This document shows, piece after piece, positions 1-9,931 of a DNA stretch of 64,000 nucleotides; within the stretch, counting starts at the first letter, position 1; every line of letters starts with the position of its first letter. Source of the DNA: a virus (taxonomy: Duplodnaviria; Caudoviricetes). The stretch is from the IMG/VR virus record IMGVR_UViG_3300035505_000178; one strand, given 5' to 3'. Both the position numbers and the translations under genes were made by a program. The notes under the pieces were generated by a model that searched no databases, was not told the origin of the DNA, and saw only the letters and a program-made list of their open reading frames with translations.

Positions 1-1
1 G

Positions 2-238
2 TTAGCATTATGTCAATTACTAGTATGTAGAAATGCATACTGGAAAGGAGATTGTAATTGGAAGCCTGATTGGACAAGTAAAGATGATAAATTTATTATA
101 ACTGCTTGTAATAATAATATTGTAAGAGAGCCATGGAGTTGTTATAATTATATTTTAGCATTTAGAACTGCAGAAATAAGAGATGAATTTTATAACAATT
201 TTAAAGACTTAATTGAACAAGCTAAAGAGTTACTCTGA
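2..238 (+). CDS. Partial hypothetical protein (5' end outside window), paralog of 637..1107
   Basis: Frame 2 reads LALCQLLVCRNAYWK...ILAFRTAEIRDEFYNNFKDLIEQAKELL*, matching the C-terminus of 637..1107; TGATG coupling to the next gene. Confidence 0.8.
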   Translation, partial: LALCQLLVCRNAYWKGDCNWKPDWTSKDDKFIITACNNNIVREPWSCYNYILAFRTAEIRDEFYNNFKDLIEQAKELL

Positions 239-588
239 TGAAAAAATATCTGGTAATTATTGAAGGAGTTTTTGGAAGCGGAGATTGTGTTGAGAAAACA
301 TTTCTTTTAAATAAAGAAGAATTTGAAATCCTTAAAAAGGAATACAAAGCTTTCTTAAAACGTAGAGAATTGTATCAGACACAAGAAGACCCTATGTGTT
401 TCGATAATGATATTTTTGATATACATACATATCTTTATGGACTTACTGATGAAGAAGATAGACTATCATTAGATTTCTGGATGAGAACGCCTTATATCAA
501 AAATATAGGATGGGAAGCATGCGGAAGAGGAGATTTTAAAAGTATTAAATTTATTACAACAGAAGATGAACAATTTACTGAATTATAA
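238..588 (+). CDS. Hypothetical protein (YLVIIE family; cf. 4628, 40410)
   Basis: ORF track, translational coupling, N-terminal similarity to paralogs. Confidence 0.7.
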   Translation: MKKYLVIIEGVFGSGDCVEKTFLLNKEEFEILKKEYKAFLKRRELYQTQEDPMCFDNDIFDIHTYLYGLTDEEDRLSLDFWMRTPYIKNIGWEACGRGDFKSIKFITTEDEQFTEL

Positions 589-636
589 TGAAAATACTGT
601 TTCTATTAGTTGTAACAATTTGGTTATGGAGAGTTT

Positions 637-1107
637 ATGATAAAGGATGATTTTTCGAAAAAACTAAAAATACCAGATGGTTATCAATTCTGGAAAGTAG
701 AAGGTACAACGATTTTTCTTGAACCTATTAATTACTCTACAGATTATACAGCTTGTGCATGTAAAGTAGAAGATTTAAGTACTATCATAGGAGGACGTAC
801 TGAAAAGGTTAAACTTGGACAGAACATTCTTCCTTATACTATTCCTACTTATTTATCTTCTGCGATGGAAGCTTTGTGTCAATTGTTAATTTATAGAGAT
901 GCTTGGTGGAAAATTGATGGTGATTGGAAACCTGAATTTAAATTAAATGGTATTATAAAATATTCAATTACTACAAAAGAAAATGAAATCTATAAAGTAG
1001 CTTCTGTACTTGACAATTGTATTCTTACATTCAGAACTGAATATATAAGAGATGAATTTCTTAAAAGTTTCAAGGATTTAATTGAAGAAGCAAAAGTATT
1101 ACTGTAA
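637..1107 (+). CDS. Hypothetical phage protein
   Basis: ORF track; paralog of 2..238. Confidence 0.75.
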   Translation: MIKDDFSKKLKIPDGYQFWKVEGTTIFLEPINYSTDYTACACKVEDLSTIIGGRTEKVKLGQNILPYTIPTYLSSAMEALCQLLIYRDAWWKIDGDWKPEFKLNGIIKYSITTKENEIYKVASVLDNCILTFRTEYIRDEFLKSFKDLIEEAKVLL

Positions 1108-1586
1108 TGAAAGATTGGAAAGATATAACAACTTATGAGGATGCTTTAGAAGCTACTAAATCAATGAGCGATGACCTTTTATGTGATCATCTTGGAGCTA
1201 TCTGTAAAATTAATGTTATCAGAAGAGCTTTAAATAAGGATTATAATCCTTCATTTGTTACAGATAATGTCTATTATCCTTTTATTAGATTCTACAAGAA
1301 TTATAATGATGCTAAGAATGCAGCAATAAGCAATAGCTGGAAACTCTGTGGTAAGGTTGAGATTGAAGGCATTTCTTATTATCTAGTTGGGGGTGCTTTT
1401 TATGACAGCAACCACGGTCTCAGTAATTTTGGTTTAGGTATTGGAAGTGTTTGTGCTTGTATAGGATTATTCTGTTGTAAATCAGAAGAAATAGCACAAC
1501 ATATGAGTAAGTACTTTGCTAAAGAAATTTTTGATGCTTGTTATAGTCACTTAGGTAATTATAAATGGATAGATGAGAGAAATTAA
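1107..1586 (+). CDS. Hypothetical phage protein
   Basis: ORF track, TAATG coupling. Confidence 0.75.
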   Translation: MKDWKDITTYEDALEATKSMSDDLLCDHLGAICKINVIRRALNKDYNPSFVTDNVYYPFIRFYKNYNDAKNAAISNSWKLCGKVEIEGISYYLVGGAFYDSNHGLSNFGLGIGSVCACIGLFCCKSEEIAQHMSKYFAKEIFDACYSHLGNYKWIDERN

Positions 1587-1953
1587 ATTTAGAGGTAAAA
1601 CGAAGTTTGACAAAAAATGGGTTTATGGAGTTCCTGTCAGATTAGGAACTGATACTTTAATCGTTGATAATCCTACATACTTTCTTAGTGCTCCTTACAA
1701 AGTTAGAGATGACTTAGCCTCTGTTAATGCTTACATTGTTGACGCTGATACCGTTGGACAATATACAGGGTATAATGACCCTGACATCTATGAAGGTGAC
1801 ATACTACTTTGTGCTATGGAGACAGATTGTGTTGTACGTTTTAAAAACGGTTCTTTTATAACAGAAGGTCGTGATGGATCTGAATATTTACTTTCAGATA
1901 CTATCGAGATATGTTTAGGAGTTATTGGAAATATATTTGATAACAAATGGTAG
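1573..1953 (+). CDS. YopX-family protein
   Basis: MREIKFRGK...W-VYG...TVGQYTG...IYEGDIL...VIGNIFDN signature. Confidence 0.9.
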   Translation: MREIKFRGKTKFDKKWVYGVPVRLGTDTLIVDNPTYFLSAPYKVRDDLASVNAYIVDADTVGQYTGYNDPDIYEGDILLCAMETDCVVRFKNGSFITEGRDGSEYLLSDTIEICLGVIGNIFDNKW

Positions 1954-2315
1954 AACTATATTGGCTTACAAGACTTGATAACATAAATATATTATTATGT
2001 TTTACTCTTGCTATCTGTTTAGGATTAACACTAATATTCTTTATTAGATATTGTGCTGCTAATACAGATGGTGATCCAGAAGATTTTCAAAAATCACTTC
2101 TCAAGAATGCAAAACGCTTTGGAATTATTGCAATATTTGCTGCTGTTATAGATGTTTTTGTTCCAACTACTAAAGAAGCATATTTAATATATGGAGTAGG
2201 AGGAACAATAGACTATGTAAAGAATAACAAAACTGCAAGACAAATTCCAGATAAAGTGATTGATGCTATAGACAAGTATATTGATACGTTTACTGAAAAA
2301 TCTAAGAAAGAATGA
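1947..2315 (+). CDS. Membrane protein (YWLTRLD...FVPTT family)
   Basis: Two hydrophobic segments; paralog of 2782..3021. Confidence 0.75.
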   Translation: MVELYWLTRLDNINILLCFTLAICLGLTLIFFIRYCAANTDGDPEDFQKSLLKNAKRFGIIAIFAAVIDVFVPTTKEAYLIYGVGGTIDYVKNNKTARQIPDKVIDAIDKYIDTFTEKSKKE

Positions 2316-2785
2316 TAATATTAGTATTAATTTTATTGTTAATTATTGCTTTTCTATCTTATGAATTAAGAGATGCTTATAAGTTAAATAAAGTTAATTC
2401 TGAAACAATTGATTCCTTAAGATATTCTGTAGAAAACAAAGAAAAGACTATACGTCAATCTAGTCTATTCTATGAGGAAACAATTGCTTCTCTTAGACAA
2501 AATATTGCAAGTGCTAATCAACAATATGCTAGTCATATTGCTAAGAAAGATGAACTTCTTGAGTATAATAATGATAAAATTATGCAATTAGAAGTAAAAC
2601 TTGCAAATATTAAAATGGAACGTACTAAACTTAGCAATGAACTTAATGCTAAGATTAAACAGTATGAAACAAGAGATAAGATGCTAACTGATCTTATTGT
2701 CAAAAAAGAAAAGCAAATTGATGATTTACTTGTTCGCATTGATGAACTTAAAAATGATTTGAATGAATTTGTTATTAAAAGATGA
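2312..2785 (+). CDS. N-terminal TM coiled-coil protein
   Basis: Hydrophobic N-terminus followed by a heptad-rich region. Confidence 0.7.
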   Translation: MIILVLILLLIIAFLSYELRDAYKLNKVNSETIDSLRYSVENKEKTIRQSSLFYEETIASLRQNIASANQQYASHIAKKDELLEYNNDKIMQLEVKLANIKMERTKLSNELNAKIKQYETRDKMLTDLIVKKEKQIDDLLVRIDELKNDLNEFVIKR

Positions 2786-3021
2786 ATTATTATTGGATTA
2801 CTAGATTAGATGCCATTAATGGAATTTTATTGGTTTCTATAATTATATTAGCTGCAAGTTTACTATTTGTAATTATTGAAATATGGGATAATAGTTATAA
2901 ACTTGACTGGGAAATTACACATAAAATATTTTGGGCTAATCTATTTCTTCTTATACTATTCATTCTAATTTATTTATTTGTACCAACAACTGAGCAAGCT
3001 CATATAATTTGGGGAATATGA
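2782..3021 (+). CDS. Membrane protein (YWITRLD...FVPTT family)
   Basis: Paralog of 1947..2315. Confidence 0.75.
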   Translation: MNYYWITRLDAINGILLVSIIILAASLLFVIIEIWDNSYKLDWEITHKIFWANLFLLILFILIYLFVPTTEQAHIIWGI

Positions 3022-3356
3022 CATTAGACGAAGCAATAGAACATTGTAAAGAGAAAGCAACTTGTTACAATGAATGTGGTAAAGAGCATTGGTTATTGAG
3101 AAGATGGTTACTAGAATTAAAAGAATTTCGTAAAAGAAAAAAGATTAGTAGTCTTATAAAGGTTATTAATATTTGGAGATACGATAAAAATAAGTTCTAT
3201 GATATAGCTATTCTTAAACATAAAGATAGTGGCAAGTATTCTTTTGTAAATCTTACTAAAGGTCATATTTGTCCATGTCTTTTTGATACTTATGAAGATG
3301 CTTATAAAGAACTTCTTGATAAACAAAGTAAAGGAGAATTACATATAGAACCATGA
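3018..3356 (+). CDS. Hypothetical protein (MTLDEAIEHC...)
   Basis: ATG at 3018 overlaps the upstream stop (ATGA). Confidence 0.7.
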   Translation: MTLDEAIEHCKEKATCYNECGKEHWLLRRWLLELKEFRKRKKISSLIKVINIWRYDKNKFYDIAILKHKDSGKYSFVNLTKGHICPCLFDTYEDAYKELLDKQSKGELHIEP

Positions 3357-3553
3357 AAGAAACAGAATATTGGGCAGTTATGGATAGAGATGGAAATACT
3401 TATTTGTTTGATGATGCACCTATTTGTAAAGGAGGTTTGTGGTATCCACAAGATTTAACAAAGAAGTATTACTATGTTGCACCACGATTACTTCCAAAAC
3501 TTACGTTAGATAACAGTCCACAAAAAGTTAAAATAACATTGTTATATGACTAA
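3353..3553 (+). CDS. Hypothetical protein, 'W-x-x-RD...SPQKV' family
   Basis: Shared motifs with 3546, 4311, 5659. Confidence 0.75.
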   Translation: MKETEYWAVMDRDGNTYLFDDAPICKGGLWYPQDLTKKYYYVAPRLLPKLTLDNSPQKVKITLLYD

Positions 3554-3764
3554 AGAGCTTTGGATTAGTAGAGATTCTAAAAAATATGGAAATTATCTTT
3601 ATCTTTATACTTGTGAACCTGAAAAAGGTTGTGTTGATGAGGATGGAGAAGGATATTTTCTTAGTTCAGAAGATTTTGAAAGTACTCAATTAATTCTTCC
3701 AGAGGATTGGTTTCCTGAAGTAACTTGGGAAAATTCACCACAAAAAATTAAGATAAGTTTATGA
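3546..3764 (+). CDS. Hypothetical protein, 'ELWISRD...FPEVTWENSPQK' family
   Basis: Shared motifs with paralogs. Confidence 0.75.
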   Translation: MTKELWISRDSKKYGNYLYLYTCEPEKGCVDEDGEGYFLSSEDFESTQLILPEDWFPEVTWENSPQKIKISL

Positions 3765-4108
3765 GTAATATTGGTAAATACGTTTGGGGAGAATCAGAAG
3801 ATCATTACGATAGTAAGATTCGTGATTCAATCGAAGAATGTAAAAGAGACATCAAGGATAATTATGATCAAAGTTTTCCTTGGAATGATGTTCCGCCTGA
3901 TAAAGTTTACATAGGTCAGATTACAAAAGAATTTGATTTTATGGAACTAGCACAAGACATTGTTGTAATGGCTGCAGAAAGAGCTCGTGAATTTGATAAC
4001 GATGCTTGTATTGATCCAGAAATAACAGAGCCTATTGAGAGTTTAATAAAAGATGCTCTTGATATGCGATGTTTGAAAGTAAGAACGCTTGAAATTTTTA
4101 AACCATGA
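3761..4108 (+). CDS. Hypothetical protein
   Basis: ORF track, ATGA overlaps. Confidence 0.7.
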   Translation: MSNIGKYVWGESEDHYDSKIRDSIEECKRDIKDNYDQSFPWNDVPPDKVYIGQITKEFDFMELAQDIVVMAAERAREFDNDACIDPEITEPIESLIKDALDMRCLKVRTLEIFKP

Positions 4109-4314
4109 ATGTAGAAGACGAAGCCAGAAAGATGTATGAAATGGCACTTCTTTTTGAAGGAGATACAGTAGAAGAAAGTCTAGATGTTATAGCAAGCTAT
4201 ATAGGTAGAATGCTATACGTTGCTGGACATGATACGAAAACTGCAACTGAGATTTGTGCAAATGTTGCTTTAGGAAGTATGACTATGTTTACTAATTTAT
4301 CGCTTAGAAAATGA
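4105..4314 (+). CDS. Hypothetical protein
   Basis: ORF track, ATGA overlaps. Confidence 0.65.
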   Translation: MNVEDEARKMYEMALLFEGDTVEESLDVIASYIGRMLYVAGHDTKTATEICANVALGSMTMFTNLSLRK

Positions 4315-4631
4315 AAGAACTTGAAGTAAAATCAATGTTATCCGACCCGAATATTCCCGACAACTATAAGTTAGGTGGTCGGATTGATGAGAGATTCTTG
4401 GCTGGGGTTGAGTATGTCGAAGCATTGATAGAAGAAGCTCCTGAACTTTGGATAGCGAGAGATAGAGATGACGATAGAATATATCTGTATGAGGATAATC
4501 CAGCATGTGACGAGGAATGTGGAATGTTCTATGAAAGTGATAATGACTTTATAATAGAACTTCCTAAAGAATCGTTTCCTGAAGTAACTTTTGAAAACAG
4601 TCCACAAAAAGTTAATATCGTTATTAAATGA
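4311..4631 (+). CDS. Hypothetical protein, 'ELWIARD...FPEVTFENSPQKV' family
   Basis: Shared motifs with paralogs. Confidence 0.75.
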   Translation: MKELEVKSMLSDPNIPDNYKLGGRIDERFLAGVEYVEALIEEAPELWIARDRDDDRIYLYEDNPACDEECGMFYESDNDFIIELPKESFPEVTFENSPQKVNIVIK

Positions 4632-5035
4632 ATTATTTAGTTGTAATTGAAGTAGACTTCAACAATGCAGATTATAGTAGAAGTACTTTAATCTTAAATG
4701 AAAAAGATTTTGAGTCATTTAAAAAATGTCTTGAATTGTTCTTAAAAGGATTTGACTTTTATTCAAGTTATATCTATGTCTATCGTGGATCTTGGGATGA
4801 AGCAACTCATTGGGATTTCGGAAATTATTTACAAGAAGAAGATTTCTCAAGGTTGTTGGATGAATTTACTAAAGAAGAAATAGACCAAATGGTTAAGATG
4901 TGGGATTTAGTTCCATATTTTGACAATGAAGGTCCTGGAGGTGAAGGATTCCCTAACACGATTACCCAAGTATATTATGTTAATACACCTGACGAGAACT
5001 ATACTAATTTATGGAAACATGAACAACCTTATTGA
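4628..5035 (+). CDS. Hypothetical protein (YLVVIEVDFNNADY family)
   Basis: Similar to 40410..40793 (YLVIVTGDFNDADY...PYY/F...P.TI..V). Confidence 0.75.
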   Translation: MNYLVVIEVDFNNADYSRSTLILNEKDFESFKKCLELFLKGFDFYSSYIYVYRGSWDEATHWDFGNYLQEEDFSRLLDEFTKEEIDQMVKMWDLVPYFDNEGPGGEGFPNTITQVYYVNTPDENYTNLWKHEQPY

Positions 5036-5186
5036 TCAAATTTTAAAATTTGATACTGGAACTAAACTAATAATGGTTGCAGGAATAGTATCATTTATAA
5101 TTTTGGTTATTGTGTACATATCTATATTTATAGATTATCTTATTAATTTATTAAAAAAAAATAAAATTTTATGGAATTATCAATAA
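5019..5186 (+). CDS. Small membrane protein
   Basis: Internal ATG of the 4920 ORF; single TM segment. Confidence 0.55.
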   Translation: MNNLIDQILKFDTGTKLIMVAGIVSFIILVIVYISIFIDYLINLLKKNKILWNYQ

Positions 5187-5291
5187 AAGAAATAATTGAT
5201 TACTTAGAGAATGATAAGTACTTGGAAAATGATGAAGTTAATTATATGATTCTTGATAGATTTCGTTATGATATTATAAGTTTTCTAGAAA

Positions 5292-5675
5292 ATGAAAAGG
5301 GAGATAAGATTCAGAGGGAAAGATGTTCTAACAAATGATTGGCGTTATGGCAGTTTACTGAAATTTAGCGAAGATGAATGTTATATTCTTCAAGAAGAAA
5401 AAGACAGTGAATTTGTTGAATATAGAGTTAAACCCTATACGATAGGACAATATACAGGTATTAAAGATATAGATGGAAATCCCATCTATGAGAATGATAT
5501 TGTATCTGATCTTAAGCATAACAATACTGTTGTATATTTTCTTGACAGTTCTTTCTGGCAAGGGAATTGTGTACTTACAGAAAATAGTATCAGAGTCTTT
5601 AATTTTAGAGTTATAGGTAATCAATTTGATAGTCCTGAAATAATAATTTATAGAGCTGATGAAACATATTTTTAG
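5292..5675 (+). CDS. YopX-family protein
   Basis: REIRFRGK...WRYG...TIGQYTG.KD.DG..IYENDIV...VIGN. Confidence 0.9.
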   Translation: MKREIRFRGKDVLTNDWRYGSLLKFSEDECYILQEEKDSEFVEYRVKPYTIGQYTGIKDIDGNPIYENDIVSDLKHNNTVVYFLDSSFWQGNCVLTENSIRVFNFRVIGNQFDSPEIIIYRADETYF

Positions 5676-6015
5676 TAATGCGCGACTTAATCATATAAGT
5701 GAAGTTGCAGAAAAACGTGCTCCAAATTTCTCAAGTATGCTTTGGTTTATAAGAGGTGCCATTTGGGCTGACCAAACTTCTACTGACGATTCAACAATTG
5801 AAGCATGGGTAGCAAGAGATAATATTTCTCAAGCTCATGACCTATATTTGTTCCCTTCAAAACCTAGAAAAGTAATGGTAACGGACACGGAAGAATATTA
5901 TTTTGAATCAGACGAAGATAGGTTACAACATCATCTACTTCTTGACAAAGGTGATTTTCCAGAAGTTACTCCAGATATGAGTCCTCGAAGAGTTAAGATT
6001 ACATTATGCGAGTAA
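5659..6015 (+). CDS. Hypothetical protein, 'AWVARD...FPEVT...SPRRV' family
   Basis: Shared motifs with paralogs. Confidence 0.75.
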   Translation: MKHIFSNARLNHISEVAEKRAPNFSSMLWFIRGAIWADQTSTDDSTIEAWVARDNISQAHDLYLFPSKPRKVMVTDTEEYYFESDEDRLQHHLLLDKGDFPEVTPDMSPRRVKITLCE

Positions 6016-6284
6016 AAGGTAATTTTGAGATGTTTGAACTTTATAAAAATTTTTATAAAACTCCTTCTTTAGTAGGTTCATTAAGAAAATATTTTGAAGA
6101 AACTCCTAAAGAGAAACTTAATAAAGATTTGGAGGAAGTTAAAGAATTAAATTCTATAGGACCTGATGTTTTCGAGTATGAAAAATTCTACAAAGAAATG
6201 CAAAAACTTAGGAATTTGGTATCAGATAGACAAGAAAACTCTAAAATATAAAATAGAGTATTTACTTCAAATTCTTAAAATGAA

Positions 6285-6470
6285 ATGAAAATTTTTTGTT
6301 TATTTATAATCATGCTTATTTTGTTTTTACAAACATGTACTTCTGTTGTTATTAGAAAGAGCGACTGGAAAACTTTAAATTATAAAGTTGATTCTTTGGA
6401 ACACAGAGTTTATGTTCTTCAAAAACAAAATGATAGTTTAAAAATAGAATTAAAATGCAGGGAAAACTAG
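6285..6470 (+). CDS. Small secreted/lipoprotein-like protein
   Basis: Hydrophobic N-terminus with Cys, coiled-coil tail. Confidence 0.55.
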   Translation: MKIFCLFIIMLILFLQTCTSVVIRKSDWKTLNYKVDSLEHRVYVLQKQNDSLKIELKCREN

Positions 6471-7063
6471 CAATCGCAAGAGGAGAAATAACACGATATT
6501 TAAATTCTCAGAACGATGTTCCATATGAAGCTGAATGTTGTAGAGATGCTTTAAATGCGTTTAGTATATTATCAGGAAGATATAATTATGTTAAAGGTCA
6601 CACCTTTGATATTCTTACTCGTTTAGTTGATGGACTTCCTCTTACTCCTATAACGGAAGATGATTTTGAGAGTTATAATTATCAATCTGATCATCCTGAT
6701 ATTAAATATACTAATCATTGTATTCGAATGGATCTTGATAGAGAAATTCGTCGTGATGGAAGTATAACATACCATGATTATAACCGATCTTATTGTATTG
6801 ATGAAAATGGTAATGAACTTAGAATATTAAAACTCGAACGAGTTATTGATGAGATATATCCAATACAACTTCCTTATTATCCAGATTCTGGAAAATATGT
6901 GTTGTATGTAGAGGATTTTAATGTTAAAGATAATTACTATTGTAGAGTTTATAAAATAAAAGTTCCAGAAGGACACACTTGTGCTGTACATGGAATATTT
7001 TATAAAAATAGTACAAAGATTGGAGAAGATGAATTTATTAACGCCAGAAAATTAAGAAAATGA
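6455..7063 (+). CDS. Conserved phage hypothetical protein
   Basis: ORF track; 'PLTPIT.DDF' and 'PI.LPYYP' motifs. Confidence 0.7.
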   Translation: MQGKLAIARGEITRYLNSQNDVPYEAECCRDALNAFSILSGRYNYVKGHTFDILTRLVDGLPLTPITEDDFESYNYQSDHPDIKYTNHCIRMDLDREIRRDGSITYHDYNRSYCIDENGNELRILKLERVIDEIYPIQLPYYPDSGKYVLYVEDFNVKDNYYCRVYKIKVPEGHTCAVHGIFYKNSTKIGEDEFINARKLRK

Positions 7064-7410
7064 AAACAGGAATTAAAGAAGTTAAAAAAGAGTTTATTAC
7101 AAATGATAAGAATATTGTTTGTATTGTTTATATAAAACAAAAAAATTATAATATTAAGGTAGTAGCTAAAGGTATTTCTCGTTGTAGTGACGAGGATGAG
7201 TTTGATCCAGAATTTGGAAGAAGACTTGCCGAAGCAAAAGCTCTCAAGAAGGGTTATTGTAAAATAGCTAAGATTATGCTTAATAAAATTCAAAAGTTAG
7301 AGGAACTTTCTGATAATTTATATGATTTTATGATAAATGTCATTACTGCAGAAGGTTCAGAGGCAGATAGATTGGAATATTTAATTAACAATAAATTCGG
7401 TAAGCAATGA
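7060..7410 (+). CDS. Phage hypothetical protein ('C..EDEFDPEFGRRLA' family)
   Basis: Motif related to 16564..17106 (CSPGDEYDEEVGKQIA). Confidence 0.7.
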   Translation: MKTGIKEVKKEFITNDKNIVCIVYIKQKNYNIKVVAKGISRCSDEDEFDPEFGRRLAEAKALKKGYCKIAKIMLNKIQKLEELSDNLYDFMINVITAEGSEADRLEYLINNKFGKQ

Positions 7411-7745
7411 TAGTTGTAGTATCTCTTATTTTGTTAGCTGTAATAATTTATACTTACAAAAAACTTTTGAAAGTAATTAAATTACAGTCATCTGATATTG
7501 TTAGAATTAAATGTGCTTACTGTGACTTATATGAAGATATAGTTAAAAGTGTTCCAATTATCGAAGATCTAAAGCTTAGAGATTTTTACAAAGTTCAAGA
7601 AAATGCTAATGTTATAAATGTATATGGATTTTGTAAAAATACTCCTGTGTTAGTTAAAAGTTTCGTTAGTTCTGAATCAGATGATACAGAATATCTTCTT
7701 GGACTAGCTGACGAGTTACTTGATAAACTTAACCAAAAACCATGA
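7407..7745 (+). CDS. Membrane-anchored hypothetical protein
   Basis: N-terminal TM segment. Confidence 0.65.
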   Translation: MIVVVSLILLAVIIYTYKKLLKVIKLQSSDIVRIKCAYCDLYEDIVKSVPIIEDLKLRDFYKVQENANVINVYGFCKNTPVLVKSFVSSESDDTEYLLGLADELLDKLNQKP

Positions 7746-8353
7746 AACGTAGAATAAAAAGTAAATTACGTAATCTCGAAGCAAAGAAAATTGAAAAATA
7801 CTTTAAAGATTTAGGTTTTACTGTAAAAATTAAATCTTGTGGTGGATACTTTTTATTTGATTTTCGGGATGGATATTATAATTTCTACATCTACTTGAAA
7901 GAAATTCCCCACTTAGTCCTTGGCTGGTGGGGAAACCTACATATTAAAACAGCTCTATTTGCAGAATTAGATTGTTTTGTATGTAAATTTAAACCTACTC
8001 AAGTAGAGATAGTATGGGATAATGAAAAGTCTATGATAAAAGACTTAAATAAATGGAAAGATCTAAACTCTTTCAATGAAGATATGTGTAAGATTTATAA
8101 TCGTACACAAGAAGAAATTGATTCTGAGAGAGAGTTCTATAAAGAAATGATAAGTACTAATTCTTTAGGATATAAAACATGGGTGAAATGTCAAAAGTTA
8201 GTTGAAAAACATAAAAAATATGTTTTAAGATTAAAAGAAACTTTCTTCTTTAGACATTATCACGATGTAGTATTAAAAGATAATACTCCTATAGAAGTAA
8301 TTGATGAACTTGAACAAACCGATTTTATTCACGTATGTTGGCAGTCTCGGTAA
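7742..8353 (+). CDS. Hypothetical protein
   Basis: ORF track. Confidence 0.7.
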   Translation: MKRRIKSKLRNLEAKKIEKYFKDLGFTVKIKSCGGYFLFDFRDGYYNFYIYLKEIPHLVLGWWGNLHIKTALFAELDCFVCKFKPTQVEIVWDNEKSMIKDLNKWKDLNSFNEDMCKIYNRTQEEIDSEREFYKEMISTNSLGYKTWVKCQKLVEKHKKYVLRLKETFFFRHYHDVVLKDNTPIEVIDELEQTDFIHVCWQSR

Positions 8354-8622
8354 TTTTAATAGCAATTGTTATATATCTTTGCTGTTGTATTGAAGTTGTG
8401 TATTTTCACTGGAGTAAAGATATATTTAGATCAGATCTGTTAGAAGTACAAGATGTTATATTAATATTTATTATAGGAATTATTCCAGTAGTGAATATTA
8501 TAGGTTTTGGTGTGTTTGTTTATTATTTTACATATAAATTGTCAGAACAACCAGATCAAGAGTATTATCAGAAATGGTGTGTTAAAAATAACACTTTGTT
8601 GTATAAATTATTACACTTATGA
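8335..8622 (+). CDS. Membrane protein
   Basis: Two TM segments, 'IPVVN' motif. Confidence 0.65.
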   Translation: MLAVSVILIAIVIYLCCCIEVVYFHWSKDIFRSDLLEVQDVILIFIIGIIPVVNIIGFGVFVYYFTYKLSEQPDQEYYQKWCVKNNTLLYKLLHL

Positions 8623-8885
8623 AAGAATTAGAATTTTATGCTAGAATGTCACTTGATGAAATATTCAATACACTTCATAATTATATTCTCTGTTGTAGAG
8701 AAAAAGAGCAAAACGATTTTGTTAATCGTATAATTGATCTTGGAAATGATGGAGATTATTCATTAGAAATGAAATATTTAAAAGCTTTAAGAGAACAATT
8801 AAAAATTGACTTCTCACCTAAAGTTGTTGAGTGTTGTGACAAGCTTATTCAAGCAATGAAAGATGATAATTGGGAAGACATTTAA
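8619..8885 (+). CDS. Hypothetical protein
   Basis: ORF track. Confidence 0.65.
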   Translation: MKELEFYARMSLDEIFNTLHNYILCCREKEQNDFVNRIIDLGNDGDYSLEMKYLKALREQLKIDFSPKVVECCDKLIQAMKDDNWEDI

Positions 8886-8926
8886 ATTGTTTGTAAAATA
8901 GTATTAATCTTAATAATATCGTTGAA

Positions 8927-9175
8927 ATGCAGAATTTTAAAAGAGTTGAGAAATTCAACCACAATGGAAACTATTTCAAACTGTTTATTGATAAAAATGA
9001 CAGTATTTTTGATGTAAAAAGATTAGAAGTAACTTCTTGGAAACAGGTCAAAGGAAAAAGAGTTCCTGAAAATGTTTCAGAAGAACGTGATACTACTCTA
9101 TTTAACGTTCTAAAAGGAATCCCTTCCACTTTGGCTAAATCTAAGATACATGCTTACATTGACTTAGATGAATAA
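8927..9175 (+). CDS. Hypothetical protein
   Basis: ORF track. Confidence 0.65.
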   Translation: MQNFKRVEKFNHNGNYFKLFIDKNDSIFDVKRLEVTSWKQVKGKRVPENVSEERDTTLFNVLKGIPSTLAKSKIHAYIDLDE

Positions 9176-9198
9176 TTTAATTTTAATTTTGTAATTTT

Positions 9199-9309
9199 AT
9201 GAAAGAAGTAATTAAGAAAGCGGTTAAATGGTATTTTGAAATGGCATCTAAAACTTATGCTTGGACACCAACTGGTATGTATCCAAACAACAGAGGATTA
9301 ATGGATTAA
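9199..9309 (+). CDS. 36-aa small protein MKEVIKKAVKWYFEMASKTYAWTPTGMYPNNRGLMD
   Basis: Below the track cutoff; fills an intergenic gap, AT-rich leader, followed by a hairpin at ~9328-9351. Confidence 0.65.
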   Translation: MKEVIKKAVKWYFEMASKTYAWTPTGMYPNNRGLMD

Positions 9310-9371
9310 AATATCATCTAGAAGCTGTAAGTACCAATTCGGGTACTTACATTAATTACGTGAGATAAATC

Positions 9372-9869
9372 ATGAAAAAGAGAGTTTACATAACAACTTT
9401 AATTATAGCAATAATTTGTAGTTTTATATCTGGAATCACTACACATTATTTCGTTCCAACGACAAACAAAACAAATGATTCGGTAATATTATTACCAGAA
9501 CACCCTTTCTATCTTTTAGAAGATGTGAATGACTCTATTTTGTATTTAACCTTGAAACACTATGAATTTCCAGAACCTGCAATTATTGTAGCTCAAGCTA
9601 AATTAGAATCTGGAAATTATAATTCAAGATTATGTTTAAATAATAACAATTTATTCGGATTATATAATTCAACTAAAGGTAATTACTTTAAATTTGATAG
9701 TTGGATAGGATGTGTATTTGCGTATAGAGATTATATTTTAACTAAACGTAAAAAGAATGAAGACTATTATCAATTTTTAAAGAGAATTAACTACGCAGAA
9801 GATCCGAATTATATCAAAAAATTGAAGAAAACGGAAAAAATTATTCGTGACAAATATGAGAAATTTTAA
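9372..9869 (+). CDS. GH73/glucosaminidase-domain peptidoglycan hydrolase with N-terminal TM segment
   Basis: AQAKLESG, NNLFGL and YAEDPNY motifs. Confidence 0.85.
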   Translation: MKKRVYITTLIIAIICSFISGITTHYFVPTTNKTNDSVILLPEHPFYLLEDVNDSILYLTLKHYEFPEPAIIVAQAKLESGNYNSRLCLNNNNLFGLYNSTKGNYFKFDSWIGCVFAYRDYILTKRKKNEDYYQFLKRINYAEDPNYIKKLKKTEKIIRDKYEKF

Positions 9870-9921
9870 CAAATTTTAACATTTTTTAACTTGTAAAACT
9901 CTGTTTGTCATAGTACTATTG
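9861..9921 (+). promoter_or_regulatory. Putative phage promoter: 10-bp-period TTTTAAC repeats + TAGTACTATTG
   Basis: Same architecture at 27731-27810; lies directly upstream of the RNA cluster. Confidence 0.55.
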
Positions 9922-9931
9922 TTAGAAAGAT

